DNA from: an uncultured Saprospiraceae bacterium | Lineage (GTDB): Bacteria > Bacteroidota > Bacteroidia > Chitinophagales > Saprospiraceae | Reading direction: 5' to 3' | Assembly (NCBI GenBank): GCA_938003955.1 | Contig: CALKXE010000021.1 | Span: forward strand, 11,895 to 35,894 | DNA length: 24,000 bases | Part shown: positions 10,013 to 18,879 of the stretch, piece by piece | Layout: each line of letters starts with the position of its first letter | Position numbering within the stretch: the stretch's first letter is position 1 | Program-made: the position numbers and the translations under genes | The notes under the pieces: model-generated | Databases searched by the model: none | What the model was told of the DNA's origin: nothing | What the model saw: only the letters and a program-made list of their open reading frames with translations

Positions 10013-11448
10013 AGGATTATAACAAGCAGCAGCTAGAGCGACTCCGAGAGCATAAGATAGCATTCGATCAAGAGGCTATGTGGGCCGCTATGCAAAAGAA
10101 GAAAAAGAGAAGAGGCGCGCTCTACTTTTTTACTATGGCTTTGGTGGCTCTGGCCATAGTATTTTTTACTTGTTTCCTTTTCTCCAGGTATAATGGAGAA
10201 AATTCCAACTATAGTGGAGAAAATTCTAGATACGATGGAGAAAACTCCAGCTATAATGGAGAAAATTCCAGTAACATTGGAGAAAACATAAGCGAGGAAA
10301 AGCTCTCAAATTTATCAAAAAATGAAAATGAAAAAAAATCAAGTGAAATAACAAAAGTGAATTTAGATGACAATAAAGTGGACACCTTAGAAAGTACTCT
10401 TGAAGACTCTAGTAAAAACAATGAATCTAAGGCGTCTACAACTAAATTCCAATCCTCAATAAATGAAAATATAGACATTAAAAAGGCTGATAATTTTAGT
10501 AGTAGAAGTTCTTTAAAAAGGACGTTGGCAAATATCTATGATTCAAATATAGAAGACAGGATAACTAGTACTGTAGGTCGATTTTCAGAATCACAAAATC
10601 AGAACAGTAACACCCAATTACCAGAAATTACTAAGGCATTAAACAACTCGAATATTGAGTCTTCTAAATCTAATCCTGACAACCTCATCAGTATACGACC
10701 TCTAAAAATCCATGAGTTTCCTTTTTTGGAATCTTTAAGAGACTTAAAAATAGACTTGAGTGAACCCGATATGACACCTCCTTCTATCACAGAAGTTATC
10801 AAAGAACCGAAAAGTAGGTTCCACATCGGTGCATACGGCGGTGTTGGTTATCTATTCCGTCAATATAGTAATGGAGTTGATACCTCTAGTCTAAATAGTG
10901 AGACGTTAGAAGAAGTTTCAATTGGTCTAGAGTTAAAATATCAATTAACGCCAAATTTCTTTGTTAGATCTGGTGTAGAATATTGGCATGCTACAGAAAG
11001 ACAAGAGAATTCATCCTATAGCATAATAAATACAAATGACTTAGAAAGTTTCGTTCCAGGAATGGAAGAAGGAATACAAATAACAACTACTTACTCCAAA
11101 GTTCACTCTATCTATCAATCCTATAATATACCAGTAGTTCTAGGATGGAATACCAATAATGATAAATGGAATCTATTCGCAGAAGCTGGCCTGTTATATA
11201 ATTTTAAAACAGAAAGAAGAAGGGATGAAACACTTGTAAGTCCAGAAGAAAATATATTTGAAGTAGGTTCTCAAAATCAAATATCTCCTATTGCGGGTAT
11301 TGGAATGTCCTTTAGTCTGACCAATAAATTTGAGTTGTTTGCTAGAACTAACTGGAGAGGAAGTCAAAATGTAACGTTAAATGAATCTCAGCAAACACTA
11401 AAATATGGTGCAATTAGAACTCAGCTTGGAGTGAGAATAGGAATATAA
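10003..11448 (+). CDS. Putative dual-membrane anti-sigma factor: short cytosolic N-terminus, TM helix, low-complexity linker, C-terminal OM beta-barrel (copy 1)
   Basis: Overlaps the sigma gene by 10 nt with AAGGAG upstream; TM GALYFFTMALVALAIVFFTCFLF (~10114-10182); S/N/E/K-rich linker; barrel-like region from about 10810 (KSRFHIGAYGGVGYLFR...GAIRTQLGVRIGI). Confidence 0.75.
   Translation: MGVEDYNKQQLERLREHKIAFDQEAMWAAMQKKKKRRGALYFFTMALVALAIVFFTCFLFSRYNGENSNYSGENSRYDGENSSYNGENSSNIGENISEEKLSNLSKNENEKKSSEITKVNLDDNKVDTLESTLEDSSKNNESKASTTKFQSSINENIDIKKADNFSSRSSLKRTLANIYDSNIEDRITSTVGRFSESQNQNSNTQLPEITKALNNSNIESSKSNPDNLISIRPLKIHEFPFLESLRDLKIDLSEPDMTPPSITEVIKEPKSRFHIGAYGGVGYLFRQYSNGVDTSSLNSETLEEVSIGLELKYQLTPNFFVRSGVEYWHATERQENSSYSIINTNDLESFVPGMEEGIQITTTYSKVHSIYQSYNIPVVLGWNTNNDKWNLFAEAGLLYNFKTERRRDETLVSPEENIFEVGSQNQISPIAGIGMSFSLTNKFELFARTNWRGSQNVTLNESQQTLKYGAIRTQLGVRIGI
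10189..10293 (+). repeat. In-frame 21-bp tandem repeat (about 5 degenerate units, YNGENSN-type heptapeptide)
   Basis: Units TATAATGGAGAAAATTCCAAC / TATAGTGGAGAAAATTCTAGA / TACGATGGAGAAAACTCCAGC / TATAATGGAGAAAATTCCAGT / AACATTGGAGAAAACATAAGC. Confidence 0.92.
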
Positions 11449-11465
11449 ATTTTCTAAAAAGAATT

Positions 11466-11500
11466 AAAAATGGGAACTAAAAAAATGAGTTCCCATTTTT
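11466..11500 (+). terminator. Rho-independent terminator between the two sigma/barrel cassettes
   Basis: Perfect 13-bp arms AAAAATGGGAACT (11466-11478) and AGTTCCCATTTTT (11488-11500); T-run follows. Confidence 0.85.
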
Positions 11501-11682
11501 AATTCTTTTTAGAAGGTCGTTATCAATTCTCTTAACATATACCAAACCCTTTGCAGAATAATGCTTTGATGGCTAAATTTATAATAAAATTATATATTAC
11601 ATCACGCCGCTTTTAACACTTTTAAGACGTTTTTAACCCATACTGTCTTGTACAGTTGGAGAAAAGTTGCTACTTTTAAATT

Positions 11683-12240
11683 ATGGAACACACGATTGAT
11701 ATAAACCATGGCGAAGAATCCTTCATCCAAGCATGCTTGGCAAACGAAGAATGGGCGCTAAAGGCAATATACAATGAGTATTACCCTACAATGCTTCCTG
11801 TATGCCTCCGTTACGCCAACAATTACGACGATGCTCTCGATATATTACATGAGGGTTTTATTAAAGTATTCAGACACATCTCCAAGTACAAAGCAGGTAC
11901 TTCATTGGGCTCCTGGATCCGACGAATAATGATTAATACATCTATTGATTATTATAGAAAGGTCAAAAGAAGGAGAACCGAAAATCTTGACACCGCATAC
12001 GGACAATGCATAAAGGGTGCAGATGCTGTTTCCGATCTTACAACACAAGAGATCATGAAAGCACTACAGCAACTAACTCCTGCATATAGATCTGTATTCA
12101 ATCTATATGTTATCGAGGGTTTTTCTCACAAGGAAGTGGGATCAATGCTAGGTATCACAGAAAGTACCTCAAGATCAAATCTAGTGAAGTCAAGAACTAA
12201 ACTAAAAGCAATTTTACTTGCCCAAGATTTTGTGAGATAA
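11683..12240 (+). CDS. ECF RNA polymerase sigma factor (copy 2)
   Basis: LPVCLRYANNYDDALDILHEGFIKVFRHI (region 2) and LTPAYRSVFNLYVIEGFSHKEVGSMLGITESTSRSNLVKSRTK (region 4); paralogous to 9464-10012. Confidence 0.93.
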   Translation: MEHTIDINHGEESFIQACLANEEWALKAIYNEYYPTMLPVCLRYANNYDDALDILHEGFIKVFRHISKYKAGTSLGSWIRRIMINTSIDYYRKVKRRRTENLDTAYGQCIKGADAVSDLTTQEIMKALQQLTPAYRSVFNLYVIEGFSHKEVGSMLGITESTSRSNLVKSRTKLKAILLAQDFVR

Positions 12241-13752
12241 ATGGATAATAAGGAATTTGACGACATAATAAGGGAGAAACTAGAATCACTGAACAGTGAA
12301 AGCGCAACCAATGGTTGGGATATGTTTAGAGAGAAATGGGAACAAAGTTCTCCTGCTTCTGATATTGTTGATTCAAATGTCCAAGAAGATATTCAAGCGG
12401 ATGAACTCTTTGATGCTAAGCTAAAGCAAAATATGAGAGGACTTAGAATGCCTTTTAATTCCGCACACTGGGTTAGGCTCAAAGCTCAACTCGAAGCTGA
12501 AGCACTATTCAAAAAAAGACTTTTTGTTGCCAAAACAGTTGAAATATTGATGTTGGCTTTGATTGTAGTAGGTATACTTAATCTAATGCCTATACAAAAT
12601 GAAATATCTCAAATCCCTGTATTCGATGTTCCAATGGTCGATGCAATACAAGTAGATAAGGCCACTGCTGAAAAATATAAGCAAGAATCAATTCAAAAAT
12701 CAAAAGAACGAAGCTTAAGTACTGATAGAGTCATTAATAAATTGGCAAACTTAAATGTTGTATCTCTATTTAAAGAGGACGATATTAAATCTACAGAGGA
12801 TCAGAAATTTGAAGCTAAGAAAACAAAAATACAACCTGCTTTAGACCCAAATATGGGATTACTTTTTCCTTTTTTACTTGATTCTAATCAGAGCGAAATA
12901 TTTATTGATAATCAAGACAATCATAAAGATCAATATAAAAGTATAACGACAGTATTGCAAGAAGACATATCAGAATTAATGCTACCTAGTCGCCCTATCG
13001 GGTTTCCAGATATTACATTAGGAACAATAAAGAATAAGTCAATTGAAAAATCTTACCTAAGTTTAGCTATAGGACCAAAGGTAAATCTTGTTAATTCTCC
13101 TTTTGATCCTGTTTATAAGATTGATCCTTATAATACTTTGAATACAAACTTTAATATTTCTGCCAAACTGCATAAAGAACTTGGACCAGTAGAGCTCTAT
13201 GTAGGATTAGGATACAATAAAACTTCTTACGAGCCGCTAATAGTCGAAGAATTATATAAAAATCAAAACCAACAGTATAGCCAAGCCAGTCTTGAGAACA
13301 TAGGATTCAATACATTTAATGTACCTGTTGGTGTAAAATATAACTTACTAGATCAAGACAGCTATCAATTGTATGCTTCTGCTGGTGTAGATGTCAATCT
13401 TATTGCTCAGGCTGAATATGAAGTTTATGATCTCCCTGCTACCGGTGCAAGAGCAGATGTAGTTTCTGGCAATAAACCATCGCTAAATAGTGGCAAACCA
13501 GAGATAAATCAAAGAGCTCTACTTAGCCAAAAAGAGTTCAAAAACGGAATCTTAAATGGTGGCTCTCTTCGAGATAATTTATTTGCAACAGCTAGTGTCG
13601 GTGTAGGCTTGATTAAAAACGTATCTGAAAGCACCAGTTTATTTATAGAGCCAAAGTATAGCCATTTTATTTCCTCACAAGGGTTAGGTCCAAATCTAGA
13701 TAAGGTACATGCAGTATCTATAGACTTCGGTGTTCGATATCAGTTGAATTAA
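12241..13752 (+). CDS. Putative dual-membrane anti-sigma factor: ~94-aa cytosolic region, TM helix, linker, C-terminal OM beta-barrel (copy 2)
   Basis: ATG directly abuts the sigma-factor TAA; TM around LFVAKTVEILMLALIVVGILNLM (~12520-12588); barrel-like region from about 13060 (SLAIGPKVNLV...VHAVSIDFGVRYQLN). Confidence 0.75.
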   Translation: MDNKEFDDIIREKLESLNSESATNGWDMFREKWEQSSPASDIVDSNVQEDIQADELFDAKLKQNMRGLRMPFNSAHWVRLKAQLEAEALFKKRLFVAKTVEILMLALIVVGILNLMPIQNEISQIPVFDVPMVDAIQVDKATAEKYKQESIQKSKERSLSTDRVINKLANLNVVSLFKEDDIKSTEDQKFEAKKTKIQPALDPNMGLLFPFLLDSNQSEIFIDNQDNHKDQYKSITTVLQEDISELMLPSRPIGFPDITLGTIKNKSIEKSYLSLAIGPKVNLVNSPFDPVYKIDPYNTLNTNFNISAKLHKELGPVELYVGLGYNKTSYEPLIVEELYKNQNQQYSQASLENIGFNTFNVPVGVKYNLLDQDSYQLYASAGVDVNLIAQAEYEVYDLPATGARADVVSGNKPSLNSGKPEINQRALLSQKEFKNGILNGGSLRDNLFATASVGVGLIKNVSESTSLFIEPKYSHFISSQGLGPNLDKVHAVSIDFGVRYQLN

Positions 13753-13800
13753 AACTACTCAGTCCAACATTATTCATTAAATCATCATCTGTTTAATTGA

Positions 13801-13829
13801 TTTTCGACTTGAAACTTTCAAGTCGAAAA
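13801..13829. terminator. Perfect 14-bp inverted repeat, possible terminator of the second cassette
   Basis: TTTTCGACTTGAAA-C-TTTCAAGTCGAAAA; no strong downstream T-run beyond the arms. Confidence 0.5.
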
Positions 13830-13920
13830 TACAGCTAATTACCTGCGCAACGACAAGCAAATAATAAATACATCGTCTATTGTTGATTTTTAACTAATTT
13901 TGCGGCTTAATTAGGAATGT

Positions 13921-14490
13921 ATGATCAGTTGGATTTTTAGACTAATTTTCAAAATGTGGGGTTGGAAGAAAGTAGGTGAAATTCCTAATCATATTCCGAA
14001 AAAGCTCTACGTAGTTATGCCACATACCTCTAACTGGGATTTTCCGGTAGGTATTTGCCTGAAGTTTGCATTCAAAATGGAAGTAGGCTTCATTGCTAAA
14101 GCATCTTTATTCAAGTTTCCTTACGCTTGGTTCTTTAAGTCATTAGGAGGAATACCCGTCAATCGAAAGAAGACTCAAGGGTTCAAAGAGGCAGTTGTTG
14201 AAATGATTAATTCTAGAGAACGATTCTGTACGTCCATTGCACCAGAAGGTAGAAGAGGTAAAGTGGAAAAACTAAAAACAGGATTTTATCATATCTCAAA
14301 AGCAGCTAACATTCCGATTGTATACGTAAAGTTTGACTGGGGTCAAAAGACTGTCGAATTCAGTGAGCCTAGAATGGTCGCAGATACTGTATCAGAAGAA
14401 CTAGCATATGCTGCTGAGCATTTCAAAAATACTGTAGGTTATGTTCCTGAAAAAAGCTTTGGATATCCGTTTAAACAAAAGGTTACTTGA
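13921..14490 (+). CDS. 1-acyl-sn-glycerol-3-phosphate acyltransferase-like (PlsC superfamily)
   Basis: MPHTSNWDFPVG (HxxxxD), SLGGIPVNRK, SIAPEGRRGKVEKLKTGFYHISKAANIPIVYV. Confidence 0.85.
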   Translation: MISWIFRLIFKMWGWKKVGEIPNHIPKKLYVVMPHTSNWDFPVGICLKFAFKMEVGFIAKASLFKFPYAWFFKSLGGIPVNRKKTQGFKEAVVEMINSRERFCTSIAPEGRRGKVEKLKTGFYHISKAANIPIVYVKFDWGQKTVEFSEPRMVADTVSEELAYAAEHFKNTVGYVPEKSFGYPFKQKVT

Positions 14491-14640
14491 TAAATTATAT
14501 TGAGTAATCATTACCTGTTTAAGTTACTTTTTATCATTATACATACTCGTTTGGTTCCTCCTAATGAAGCGATTTAAAAAATCACTTAAATTGATGAAAC
14601 CAAAAATTCATACATTTGCCCTTTCAAATACGCAGCACTC

Positions 14641-16221
14641 ATGAGCAGAATCAAAGAACTAGAACGTAGACGAACATTTGGTATCGTTTCTCACCCAGAT
14701 GCAGGTAAGACTACTCTAACAGAGAAGCTACTATTGTTTGGTGGAGCTATCCAATCTGCAGGTGCTGTAAAGTCGAATAAAATAAAGAAACACGCTACTT
14801 CTGATTTCATGGAGATCGAGAAGCAAAGAGGAATCTCAGTTGCAACTTCTGTTATGGCATTCGAATATCGAGACAGAAAGGTCAATATCTTAGATACACC
14901 TGGTCACAAAGATTTTGCGGAAGATACGTTTAGAACCCTTACAGCTGTCGATAGTGTGATCGTTGTGATTGATGTTGCAAAAGGTGTAGAGGCTCAAACA
15001 GAAAAGCTGGTAGAGGTCTGCCGCATGAGAAAGACGCCAATAATCGTATTCATCAACAAGATGGATAGAGAAGGTAAAGACGGCTTCGATTTACTGGATG
15101 AAATAGAAAATAAACTGAAATTGAAAGTTGTGCCTCTTTCTTGGCCGGCGGGAATGGGCCAAAGGTTCAAAGGGGTATATAATAAGTATAAAGAAGATTT
15201 AGTCTTATTCAATCCACATGGAAAACAATCAGAGGATGTGGTCAAGATAAACGATCTAAACGATCCAATTCTAGATGAAAAAATAGGAGAGTCTCTTGCC
15301 AATGAACTGAGAGAAGAAGTAAATGTAATAGAAGAAGTATATCCAGATTTCGATAGAGACGCATACCTAAATGGTGATCAATCTCCTGTGTTTTTTGGTA
15401 GTGCTGTCAATAATTTTGGAGTAAAGGAGCTTCTTGACTGCTTCGTAGAGATAGCGCCATCGCCTCTACCGAGAGAAACAGAAGAAAGAATGGTAAAACC
15501 AGAAGAAGAAGATTTTACTGGTTTCATTTTTAAGATTCATGCAAATATGGATCCTAAACATAGAGATAGGATTGCGTTTATGAGAATTTGTTCCGGACTA
15601 TTTGAGCGGAACACAAACTATCTACATATTCGTAAGGAGAAAAAAATTAAATTCTCTAACCCTACAGCCTTCATGGCTGAGAAAAAAGAAGTAGTAGACA
15701 TGGCCTATCCTGGAGATATAGTCGGTTTATATGATAGTGGAAACTTCAAGATCGGTGATACACTGACTGAAGGAGAAAAACTACACTTCAAAGGAATACC
15801 GTCCTTCTCACCAGAACAATTTAGATTTGTCAATAATAGTGATCCGCTTAAGACTAAGCAATTGGCAAAAGGTCTAGTTCAATTAATGGATGAAGGTGTT
15901 GCTCAGTTATTCACGAAACAAGATAATGGTCGTAAGATTATAGGTACTGTAGGAGCACTTCAGTTTGATGTAATCCAGTATAGACTTAAGCACGAATATG
16001 GTGCTTCATGTGATTACGAGCCGATCAATCTCCATAAAGCTTGCTGGATTAAATGTGATGATCCAGTCGCTTATAAAGAATTTATCTCCAAGAGAAAAAG
16101 AGACCTTGCCCATGATAAAGATGGCAAAGTCGTAATGTTGGCGGAGTCTTCTTGGGCACTAAAAATGGCACAAGACAACCACCCTAAAGTAGAGTTCTTA
16201 TTTACTTCGGAGGTCGATTAA
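14641..16221 (+). CDS. prfC: Peptide chain release factor 3
   Basis: GTPase motifs [34 protein letters not shown]; full-length RF3 architecture and C-terminal region. Confidence 0.96.
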   Translation: MSRIKELERRRTFGIVSHPDAGKTTLTEKLLLFGGAIQSAGAVKSNKIKKHATSDFMEIEKQRGISVATSVMAFEYRDRKVNILDTPGHKDFAEDTFRTLTAVDSVIVVIDVAKGVEAQTEKLVEVCRMRKTPIIVFINKMDREGKDGFDLLDEIENKLKLKVVPLSWPAGMGQRFKGVYNKYKEDLVLFNPHGKQSEDVVKINDLNDPILDEKIGESLANELREEVNVIEEVYPDFDRDAYLNGDQSPVFFGSAVNNFGVKELLDCFVEIAPSPLPRETEERMVKPEEEDFTGFIFKIHANMDPKHRDRIAFMRICSGLFERNTNYLHIRKEKKIKFSNPTAFMAEKKEVVDMAYPGDIVGLYDSGNFKIGDTLTEGEKLHFKGIPSFSPEQFRFVNNSDPLKTKQLAKGLVQLMDEGVAQLFTKQDNGRKIIGTVGALQFDVIQYRLKHEYGASCDYEPINLHKACWIKCDDPVAYKEFISKRKRDLAHDKDGKVVMLAESSWALKMAQDNHPKVEFLFTSEVD

Positions 16222-16454
16222 TAGACAGTTAAGATTTGAATAGTACATGCTACTTAACTTCATAGCCTTATTAAAAAGGCTATTGAAATAATGTGCTCTT
16301 TTGCAAAAGGGTCTAGAATCCTAATTTCGACCATCAAATAAGCCTCTTCGTCTAAGAAAAAGTAATAACAACTGCACTTGTTGAATCATTATTGATGTTT
16401 GTTCTGTTAAGAAGTGTATATTGAAGTAATAATTATCAACCTAAAAATAAACGA

Positions 16455-17297
16455 ATGTCATTTAATAGAAACGAAAAAATACAACCACCAGCAAATCTTA
16501 GTAGATACCTCATTTTTGGTGTTATTGGTCTCTTCCTTTTTATATCATTAACTAACACTACATTTTTAACGATCAAGTCTGGACAAAAAGGAGTTTTGTT
16601 TAAGCAGTTCGGAGGTGGTCTAGATAAAGAGACTATATATGGACAAGGATTCCAAGTAGTAATGCCATGGAACACAATGTTTATCTATGATGTAAAGACA
16701 AATGAAGCATTTGAAGAAATGGAAGTGCTCTCTAAAAATGGTCTTAATATCAATATAGAATTATCATATAGATATTCTCCCGTCCCTAACAAAATAGGAT
16801 TTCTACATGATCAAATTGGTGTAGATTATAAAACTAGAATTATACAACCAGAGATTAGATCTGCAACCAGAGAAGTAATAGGTCAGTATAATCCTGAAGA
16901 ACTATACTCAACTAAAAGAGAGGCTATACAACTTGAGATCTACGATAAAACTAAAGCAAAGTGTGCTGAAAAATATATCATCTTAGATGCGATACTTATT
17001 AGATCAGTAACATTACCGGATAACCTAAGAACTGCAATCGAGAAGAAACTAGAAGAAGAGCAGCTTTCTCTTCAGTACAAGTTTAAGATCGATAGAGAAA
17101 GACAAGAAGGAGAAAGAAGAATTATTGAAGCACAAGCAAAAGCAGATGCCAACAAAATTCTGAATGCTTCTCTTACTGACAAGATCCTTAGGGATAAAGG
17201 TATAGAAGCAACACTTACTTTAGCTGCATCACCTAATGCTAAGGTTGTAGTAGTTGGAGGTGGTGGTGACGGACTACCATTGATTTTGAATAATTAA
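16455..17297 (+). CDS. SPFH/prohibitin-family membrane protein
   Basis: N-terminal TM; VGVDYKTRIIQPEIRSATREVIGQYNPEELYSTKREAIQLEIYDKTK; long charged helix EKKLEEEQLSLQYKFKIDRERQEGERRIIEAQAKADANKIL. Confidence 0.9.
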   Translation: MSFNRNEKIQPPANLSRYLIFGVIGLFLFISLTNTTFLTIKSGQKGVLFKQFGGGLDKETIYGQGFQVVMPWNTMFIYDVKTNEAFEEMEVLSKNGLNINIELSYRYSPVPNKIGFLHDQIGVDYKTRIIQPEIRSATREVIGQYNPEELYSTKREAIQLEIYDKTKAKCAEKYIILDAILIRSVTLPDNLRTAIEKKLEEEQLSLQYKFKIDRERQEGERRIIEAQAKADANKILNASLTDKILRDKGIEATLTLAASPNAKVVVVGGGGDGLPLILNN

Positions 17298-17341
17298 TTT
17301 ACTAATCGTTCTAATACTCAAAACTGAACGTTCAAAATACG

Positions 17342-17375
17342 AAGCCTGATAGATTAATTTTTGTCAGGCTTTTTC
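17342..17375 (+). terminator. Rho-independent terminator downstream of the SPFH gene
   Basis: AAGCCTGA (17342-17349) ... TCAGGCTT (17364-17371) followed by a T-rich tract TTTTCATTTTTG. Confidence 0.75.
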
Positions 17376-17494
17376 ATTTTTGTTATTTCATTTTATACCA
17401 ATATATCTAACAAGCCTAATTCGAATAATTTATTAGTTGGTTGATAATATTGATTCTTGTTCTTATATTTAGGTAACCAATTACAAATTACATC

Positions 17495-18781
17495 ATGCTG
17501 ACACCAATTATCAGAGAAGATCTGCTCTACTACCTGTGGAAAACAAAGGCTTTTGACATGTCCAATCTCATTACCGAGGATGGTCAACCGATCGAAATCT
17601 TAGAATTTGGAAATCAAAATTACGATGCAGGGCCTGACTTCAGCAATGGAAAAGTAAAAATTGGAAACACCATCTGGGCAGGGAATATCGAAATGCATGT
17701 ATATTCTAGTGACTGGGAAAGGCACAGCCATGATCTTGATAAAGCATACGATAATGTGATTCTACATGTAGTGTACGAGCATGATAGAGAAGTATACACC
17801 ACTACGGAACAGTTTATCCCTTGTCTAGAACTTAAAAATAGAATCCCAGCAGAGCTCAAACAAAACTACGCTCAACTGATATCAAATAATAGCTGGATAC
17901 CTTGTGAAAGCCAACTTCCGAATGTCCAAGAACATACAGTCACTTTTTGGTTACAGAGATTAGTAGCTGAACGCTTAGAGTCCAAGACAGAATACCTAAA
18001 ATCAATTCTAGAAAGTACTAATAATGATTGGGAAGAGACCATGTATATATTTCTTATGAGATATATGGGTGCACGCGTCAATATGGATCCATTCGAATCA
18101 CTGGCAAAGAATCTTCCATTATCCATTCTGCAAAAGAATAAAGATGATCTGCAAAAAATAGAAGCATTACTTTACGGTCAAGCAGGAATGCTCCTTGCCA
18201 CTCATGCTGATGACAAATACTACAATGGCCTAAAATCAGAATACCAATTCCTATCAAAAAAATATCAGCTCAAAAATATACCACCTGTCTCTTGGAAATT
18301 TGCGAGAATGCGACCAGCAGGATTTCCAACAATTCGATTGGCTCAAATGGCTCAGATATTTTATAATACAGAACATCTATTTTCTCAAATATTGGAAGCG
18401 AAAAATACAAAGTCTATTAAGCGGTTATTCCAAGCTACACCTTCAGATTATTGGGAATACCACTACCGATTTGCGACTGATTCTATCTATAAAGAAAAGC
18501 AAATAGGCGACGGGTTTATCGATCTTATCATCATCAATGTGGTTAGCCCAATCCTATTCCTCTATGGTAAATCAATAGACAATGAAGAATATTGTGACAG
18601 AGCCATACAGCATCTCGAATCACTCAAGCCAGAAAAGAATAAGATCATAACCAATTATAAAGCGCTAGGTGTCAAGGCATGTTCCGCGGCAGATTCACAG
18701 GGCCTACTACAGCTCAAAAAAGCGTATTGCGATCCAAAACTGTGCCTTTCTTGCAGCATTGGAAATAAGCTAATTGGGTAA
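17495..18781 (+). CDS. DUF2851 family protein
   Basis: LEFGNQNYDAGPDFSNGKVKIGNTIWAGNIEMHVYSSDWERHSHDLDKAYDNVILHVVYEHDREV is characteristic of this conserved Bacteroidota family. Confidence 0.88.
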   Translation: MLTPIIREDLLYYLWKTKAFDMSNLITEDGQPIEILEFGNQNYDAGPDFSNGKVKIGNTIWAGNIEMHVYSSDWERHSHDLDKAYDNVILHVVYEHDREVYTTTEQFIPCLELKNRIPAELKQNYAQLISNNSWIPCESQLPNVQEHTVTFWLQRLVAERLESKTEYLKSILESTNNDWEETMYIFLMRYMGARVNMDPFESLAKNLPLSILQKNKDDLQKIEALLYGQAGMLLATHADDKYYNGLKSEYQFLSKKYQLKNIPPVSWKFARMRPAGFPTIRLAQMAQIFYNTEHLFSQILEAKNTKSIKRLFQATPSDYWEYHYRFATDSIYKEKQIGDGFIDLIIINVVSPILFLYGKSIDNEEYCDRAIQHLESLKPEKNKIITNYKALGVKACSAADSQGLLQLKKAYCDPKLCLSCSIGNKLIG

Positions 18782-18826
18782 GTTTATCTGCATTTCAATT
18801 TATTCAACAAAATAAACGTGTTTTTA

Positions 18827-18875
18827 TTTGCGTCTTAATGACACATATACTATATTTGTGTTAATCAAACGCAAA
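18827..18875. promoter_or_regulatory. Operator-like imperfect dyad spanning the promoter
   Basis: TTTGCGTCTTAATGACAC (18827-18844) and GTGTTAATCAAACGCAAA (18858-18875); 14/18 positions complementary, spacer 13 nt containing most of the -7 box. Confidence 0.45.
18828..18858 (+). promoter_or_regulatory. Bacteroidota-type promoter for the NAD+ salvage genes
   Basis: TTG (18828-18830) N20 TATATTTG (18851-18858), close to the TTG-N19-TAnnTTTG consensus; 22 nt upstream of the ATG at 18880. Confidence 0.55.
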
Positions 18876-18879
18876 AAAC

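Noticed and set aside
10251-10826. Minus-strand ORFs opposite the low-complexity linker region (FFLLESSRVLSK..., etc.)
   Set aside because: Result from the biased codon composition of the S/N/E/K-rich linker; not supported as genes.
11642-11656. ACTGT-CTTGT-ACAGT dyad upstream of the second ECF sigma gene as an autoregulatory operator
   Set aside because: Only 5-bp arms, expected by chance; no supporting promoter geometry.
14691-15302. Minus-strand ORFs antisense to prfC
   Set aside because: Shadow ORFs opposite a strongly conserved coding sequence; no recognizable protein features.
16262-16283. Inverted repeat ATAGCCTT...AAGGCTAT after prfC as a strong terminator
   Set aside because: Only an 8-bp AT-containing stem with no downstream T-run; too weak to list as a feature.
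17872-18126. 84-aa minus-strand ORF within the DUF2851 gene
   Set aside because: Antisense shadow ORF of a confident gene.
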